Shown piece by piece: positions 56,901 through 64,000 of a stretch of 64,000 nt of DNA (position 1 is its first letter; each line of letters begins with the position of its first letter). The DNA comes from the human T2T-CHM13v2.0 reference genome, Homo sapiens. Location of the stretch: assembly GCF_009914755.1 (NCBI RefSeq), contig NC_060926.1; one strand, 5' to 3'. The notes under the pieces were generated by a model that saw only the letters and a program-made list of their open reading frames with translations, was not told the origin of the DNA and ran no database searches. Both the position numbers and the translations under genes were made by a program.

Positions 56901-58692
56901 TTAGCTATGGTGTTGGTTTTCTCCTGTTTTATTTTTCTAGTTGCTCTAGGTGTGATGCTAGATTCCTAACTTGAGATCTTTCTAACTTCTTCATAAAGGC
57001 ATTTAGCACTATAAATATTCCTCTTAACACTATGTTAGCTGTATCTCAAAGATTCTGGTATGTTGTATCACTGTTTTCATTAATTCCAAATAATTTTTAG
57101 ATTTCTGTCTTAATTTCATTATTTGCCCAAAGTCATTCAGGAGCAAGTTGTTTAGTTTCTTTGTCATTGTGTGGTTTTGAGACATCATCTTGGTATTTTT
57201 TTTTATTTTTATTATACTATGGCTTGAGAGTGTGCTTTGTAAGGTTTTGATTTTTTAAAAAAAATTTATTGAGAGTTGCTTTATGACTGAGCATGGTCAA
57301 TCACAGAGTATGTTCTGTGAGAGGAGAAGACGAGTGTATATTCTGTTTTGGGAGTGGAATATGCTTAGATGTCTATTAGGTCTAATTGGTCAAGAGTCAA
57401 GTTCAAATCTAGAACTTGTTAGGATTCTGCCTTGATGATCTTTCAATGCAGTCTGTCAGGTGCTAAAACTTCCTACTATTTTTGTGCAGCTGTTGAAGTC
57501 TTTTTGTAGGTAAAGAAGAATTCGTTTTATGAATCTGGGTGCTCCAGTGCTGGGTATGTATATATTTAGTATAGTTAAATCTTCTTATTGAATGGAAACT
57601 TTTATCATTATGCAATGCCCTTCTTTTTCCTTTTTTACTGTTGTTGGCTTAAAGTCTGTTTTATGTGATATACGAATAGCAACCCTTGGTATTTTTTTTT
57701 CCCATTTGAATGACAGATCTTTCTCCATCCCTTCACTCTGAACTGGTAAGTGTAAGATGGGTCACTACATGTGAGATGGGTCTCTTCAGAACAGCAGACA
57801 ATTGGGTCTTGTCTTTCATTCAGCTTGCCACTTTATGCCTTCTACATGGGGCATTTAGATCATTTATATCTACTGGATCTTAGCCGGAATTATAAGACCA
57901 AACATATTATTCCGGTATATATCACTTGTGAAAAGCCCAAACCAAGAATCTAGCCACAGATAAAGATCCCAAACAAAGCTTCGGCCCTTTGAAATCACCC
58001 CAAAACAAATAAGCTTTGTTTGGGATCTTTATCTGTGGCTAGATACTTGGATTGGGTTTTTCACAAGTGATGTATACCGGAATAATTTTTTTGGTCTTGT
58101 AATTCAGGCTAAGATCCAGTAGACGATGTTTGAGAGTAATGGTCAGCAAATAGGGTCTAACTGTCACAGGGCTGTTGTATTTCATCACATTAGCAGCAGT
58201 GCCCTGTGGTGGATGAGATCGGGGTAGAAAATGACCCCCTTGCCAGGTCCATTCTGGGTCTTTGGGGAGTCCCCTCCAATCGCTGGCACAGTGTCTGCAC
58301 TTCCGTAGCCCCAAGGGGAGCTCTGGTGGGCTGTGCTCTTCTGTTGTTTAGGGGTAGCCCTAATCAAAAATTAGGTCATCAGAGGACCTGCAGCATGCTT
58401 GGCAAAGTCAGAACAACTTTTAGAGTATACCTGTAGGTGGTCTGTTGATATAGGAGGTCAAGGACAGTGGATTTCCTCACGCAGTGTGTTTGCTGTGGGT
58501 GTGCAGCTGACATGGCACCCACAGCCTGGTGTTTTGGCCCAGCAAACAGCTGTGGGGATCACCCAGCTTGCTCTCCCTCAACTGGGTCTCATTCTGGTGG
58601 CTGCCCTAGCATCTAGCCCACCAAACTAGCTTTGTCCCAAGCCTTCTGTGCCCAGATGGTTGGGCCGTTAGGTATTCCAGTCCATGAAGCTA
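53914..58692 (-). mobile_element. L1PA15/16-like LINE-1 lacking ORF1
   Basis: 12-bp TSD ATACAGTGGAAT (53902-53913, 58693-58704); reverse 3'UTR and ORF2, then 5'UTR. Confidence 0.92.
57869..58123. repeat. inverted repeat, 113-bp arms with a 29-bp spacer
   Basis: 57869-57981 is the reverse complement of 58011-58123 with 8 mismatches by manual alignment. Confidence 0.97.
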
Positions 58693-61384
58693 ATACAGTG
58701 GAATATTAATGTTATTCAGCCTTCAAAAGAAGGAAACCCTGTAATTTGTGACAACACAGATTAATCTAGAGGACATTATAAATGAAATAAGTCACAGAAG
58801 AACATATAGTGCAAAATTCCACTTTTAGGATGTATCTATAATACTTAAACTCTTAGACCTACGTAGAGAATACAATAGTGGTTGCCAGGAGCTGGGGTTG
58901 GGGAAGCAGAGAGAGGTTGTTCAATGAGTATAAAGTTTTAGTTATGTTAGATGAATAAGTACTAAACATCTGCTTTATAACAATGTCTATAGTTAACAAG
59001 ACAATATTGTGCACTTAAAAAATTTTCTAGAGTAGGTCACATGTTAAATGTTTTTATCATATACTAAAAAAAATTAAAAATAAAACACTTTAAATTTCTA
59101 AAAAGGGACACAATGAAAATTTGAGAGGTGTTGGATATGTCTGTTATCTTGTCATGTTGACATATGTCTAAACTCATCAAATTATACACCTTAAAAATGT
59201 GCGATTCTGTATACATCAAACATACCTTATAAGGTTGTTAAACATAAAGACATGTATTCCCACAAAGAGTGTGACACAGAAAAATAACAGGAGAATAAGA
59301 CATAATTTAGACTCCACATATCAGGTATATCAACAAATGTAAATGTTGATTTAACGACAACATTTTAAATTCCTCCTAAAAGAAAAAAGAAATTCAGATT
59401 GGCTCATAAAAAAGGCAATATAAAAGATACTCGCATAAAGCAATGTGATTCCGAGAACTAAAACTAAATGAATGAGCAAAGGTCAGGCAAATATATAAAA
59501 TGAAAGAAGACAAAAGAAAATCAGGCAAAATGTTTTAAATTAGACCAAAAAGAACACCTTGTAAAGGCCAACATTTGCAATGCAGTTGCCACTACTAGAA
59601 GTAAATCAACACTAAATAGCATAAAGTAGAAATTACTAAAGCTACAAATAGAAAGAACAAAACAATAAGAAATTTTAGCATACTATTCCCAGTCTCAGTC
59701 AACTCGACTGGATAATAAATAAATAAATAATAATGCATAAAACAAAATTATAATCAATAACTTTGCTCTTATATATTAAAACGTAATAATATACCAAGTA
59801 TAAATAAAAATTAACTATTTAACATACCACAAAGAAAACATCAATAAATTCCATGAAGTAGAATATATATCACTAATATCTTTGATCTCTATGCAATAAA
59901 ACCAGAAACCAGTAACAAAATAGTTAAATACCTTTATCATGTAAGTATGCTAAATTATTATTATTAAATCTTTCTAGTGAAAGTGGAAATAGAAATAATA
60001 TTGTAGAATCTTTTAAAGATAATGATACTGAAAACATTATATATTGTAATAATATACATGATAAAATCATAAGAATGATTTAAAACATATGTAAAAATTA
60101 GAGCACCTAAATTTTCAATATATATTAAAAAGACAGCATTAAACAACAGTAAAGACAAAACTGAAATTCATGATGTAAAACATAAACAAAAACCAGAAAA
60201 TTTAATGAATCAAAACACAAATTTTTGAAAAAAAGATAAAACATACATTTAAGGTAATATGCAGTAGGCTTTGTCAGGTCATGGTTGCCACTATAACAAA
60301 TAGGTCTGGTTACTTTTGTTAAAAATATATTTTTAATATGCAAATACTAAGAGAGCAATATGAAAATAATAAACTAAGTTTTAGAGGAGAGGAAATTTTT
60401 CAATTTGAACTGAAGAACATAAGGCATCCTATCCTACCCACCCAACACTTCCCAGGATATTGCAGACACAAGATAAAACAAGTAGAAAAATTACATCATC
60501 ATTTCTATAGATGCAGAATGAAGCATTTGGCAAAATTAAACACTGATTTAGAATACAAACAATAGGAGTAACTTATCAAATAGGAATAGAAAAAAACCTT
60601 TATAATTTAATAAAGAATATCTTAAAAATCCTAAGGCAGAGAACACATGCAAGGTTGAAATACTGAAATTTTTCTTTCTGAAACTGCTAATAATGCAAGA
60701 AATCCTGTTATTATCACTTGTATTCAACATTGAGCTAAATGATGTAGCTAGTGGAATGAAGAAAGAAAAACCAACCACAAGTTATAAGGAAATAATAGTA
60801 TTATTATTCCTGAATCTATCAGTATGTACCTAAAAATGCAAGAGTTTATAAACAAATAATCAAAATTAATAAGTAATTTTTAAAGATCACTGAATTGAGA
60901 TCAGTATAAAAATCAATCACATTTCTGTATCCAAACCGAAAAAGGAAAAATCAAAAAATGTACAAAGCATCAAAATCATGACAGGCTTTTGATAATACTG
61001 TAGTAGATCTAAATAAACGGAAGATATGCTAAGCCCATGGATTGAAAGATTCAACACTTTAAATATGTCAGTTCTCCCGATATGTATCTGTAGATGCAAT
61101 GCAATTGCAATAAAAATTACTTTTGAAAAAAATTGTCAAACTAACTTGGATAAAATTAAGGTCAAAAACAGCCAAAGTATGTTGAAGGGATAAAAAGAAA
61201 TCTGGAAGATTTACACTACTAGATATGAAAAACAATTATAAAGCTTTTATAACCAAGAGTGTGATATTAGCACAAGGTGAACCAAACCATCCAAAGAAAA
61301 GGATAGAATCCTGATAATGATCTGCATATATAAAGGCAGATGATATACAAGCAAAGTGACATTATGATGAATAAAGAAATGATG

Positions 61385-61752
<368 letters not shown>

Positions 61753-61856
61753 TCAACTGCATACCTGTACGGAAAAACATACAAGTTTTGTTTGTTGAAT
61801 TTCCCTACCTTAAACCATACACAAAAACTAATTGTATGTCTATTCTAGAAGAACAC

Positions 61857-62289
61857 TGTGATAGTTAATTTTATGTATCAACTTTACTGTGTCAAGAAAT
61901 ATTCAGATGGCTGGTAACACATTATTTCTGGGTGTGCCGGTGAAGGTGTTTCCAGATGATATTAGCATTTGAATCAAAGACTGAGTAAAGATCTGCCCTC
62001 AACAACACGGGTGGACACCATCCAATCTACTGAGGACCTGAATAGAATTAAAAGGCATAGGAAGGAAGAATTAGCTTTCTCTCTGTAGCTGGGATATCCA
62101 TCTTCTTTTGTTCATAGACATTAGAGTTCCAGGTATAGAGGCCTTCAGATTCTGAGATTTAGACCATTTTTCCACTCCCTTCTTTCCCAGGCCATCCATG
62201 ATTACAGGAGCCAATTCACATTTTAAATCTCCTTTTGTATGCAAATGTTTATTCTATTGGTTCTATTTATCTGGAGATTCCTGAATACA
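61857..62289 (+). mobile_element. MLT2C/D solo LTR
   Basis: TGTGATAGTTAATTTTATGTATCAAC...GAATACA; 5-bp TSD AACAC. Confidence 0.9.
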
Positions 62290-63034
62290 AACACCATAAA
62301 GATTATATTATAAACTTGGAGCAAGTAAGCATTTCTTAAACAGGACATAAAAGGCACTCAATATTAAATAAGTAAAATATAAAAAGTTAATAAGCTGAAC
62401 TTCATTAAAAGGGATAATATCATTAGAAGAGTTAAAAATGCAAGCTTCAGACTGGAAGAATATTTGTAATACTTGCATCACTCACAGAGCACTTAGTTTC
62501 CATAAATTAATAAGAAAATAAAAATAAAACATAAAAAACAGGAAAAGACCTGAACATACACTTCCGAAAAGACAATATTTAAACACCTTATAAGGAAAGG
62601 ATAGGGTAACCACCATTATGAGTCAGCAAATAAGAATTAAGTCCACAATGAGGCACTCCTACACACCAAACAGAATAGCTAAAATTAAAAAGACAGACAT
62701 TGTAAAATGTTGGTGAGAATGTGAAATAACTGTAACTTTTATACATTAGTATCAGAAGTATACATTTTTGCAACCATTTTGGAAAACTAGTGGTATCTGC
62801 TCAAGCTAAATAAGTGCCTAAGGAAAGAACGAATCACAGGTTTCCTATGACTGAGAAATTAATTCCTAGGTATTTTCTAAAAAAGTTATATGCCCATCAA
62901 AGCACAAAGACAAGAATGTTTCTAGCAGTTATGTTCATAATAACTGTAGATTATATTATATATAATATATAATATTATATATATATATACTATTCTGTCC
63001 TTCCAGAGAACCCTGACAAATAAACTTGCTTTCA

Positions 63035-63650
63035 TATATATATTTATATATACGTGTATATATACACGTATATATATACACGTGTATATATACACGTATA
63101 TATACACACATATATATACACGTATATACACACACATATATACACGTATATACACACACATATATACACGTATATATACACACACATATATACACGTATA
63201 TATACACACACATATATACACGTATATATACACACACATATATACACGTATATATACACACATATATACACGTATATATACACACACATATATACACGTA
63301 TATATACACACACATATATACACGTATATATACACACACATATATACACGTATATATACACACACATATATACACGTATATATACACACACATATATACA
63401 CGTATATATACACACATATATATATACACGTATATATACACACATATATATATACACGTATATATACACACATATATATACACGTATATATACACACATA
63501 TATATACACGTATATATACACACATATATATACACGTATATATACACACATATATATACACGTATATATACACACATATATATACACGTATATATATATA
63601 CACATATATACACGTGTATATATATATACACATATATATATATATATGTA
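63035..63650. repeat. VNTR, ~24-28 bp unit TATATACACGTATATATACACACA(CA)
   Basis: About 21 CACGTA-containing units. Confidence 0.97.
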
Positions 63651-63714
63651 CTCTGGTTGTGAATGATGCAAGTATTACAAATATTATTCCAGTCTGAAGC
63701 TTGCATTTTCATTT

Positions 63715-64000
63715 ATGAAGGCAAGTTTATTAAGGAGAATTGACACGCACGATCACAAAGTCAAGTCCCACGATAGGCCATCTGCAAGTTGAGGAGCAAG
63801 GAAGTCAATGGTGGATCAGTAGGAGTCCCAAAACCTCAAAAGCGGGGAAGCCAACAGTGCAGCCTTCAATCTGTGGCCAAAGGCCTGAGATCCCCTGACT
63901 GGTATAAGTCCAAGAGTCCAAAAGCTAAAGAACTTGGGAGTCTGATGTTTGAGGGGAGGAAGCATCTAGCACAGGAGAAAGATGAAGTCCAGAAGACTCA
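63715..64000 (-). mobile_element. MLT2A LTR (runs off the window; terminus rearranged)
   Basis: GTTTATTAAGGAGAATTGAC...CCCACGATAGGCCATCTGCAAGTTGAGGAGCAAGG. Confidence 0.9.

Larger units (their letters stand above)
52700..59235 (+). mobile_element. L1MA/MB-type element: ORF1 N-terminus (52700-53247) and 3' end (53740-53913, 58693-59235), large internal deletion
   Basis: ORF1 coiled-coil peptide (EQNENINKEIEII...RLNQAEERISKL); 3'UTR motifs. Confidence 0.75.

Noticed and set aside
57869-58123. MITE or DNA transposon with terminal inverted repeats
   Set aside because: The arms are L1 5'-region sequence at a deletion junction and have no TSD
62922-63712. 194-249 aa ORFs in six frames
   Set aside because: Same microsatellite artefact

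Overview
This is AT-rich, CpG-poor primate (human-like) genomic DNA: it carries AluJ/S/Y, MER41B, MLT2A and MST/THE1 elements. Most of the window is nested, decayed retroelements: several L1 generations, L2, MIR, MaLR/ERVL/ERV1 solo LTRs, about a dozen Alus and one MER20. I see no intact protein-coding gene, tRNA/rRNA gene, CpG island or CRISPR array. The long ORFs in the track come from microsatellites, Alus or broken L1s. Repeat subfamily names are from memory of consensus sequences, and boundaries without a visible target-site duplication (TSD) are approximate. Four things stand out. (1) There are repeated template-switch/fold-back scars: both large TACG-containing VNTRs abut a 40-52 bp inverted copy of DNA from 1-2.4 kb away, and a 113-bp-arm inverted repeat sits at an L1 ORF1 deletion. 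(2) A MER41B LTR keeps both tandem STAT GAS motifs. (3) Splice-site-bounded + strand segments in the non-repeat islands join in one frame with 3 stops in 142 codons. This may be a decayed multi-exon gene or lncRNA; I could not identify it. (4) An old L1MC-type element has a twin-priming-type 5' inversion. I cannot support a claim of a wholly new biological system.
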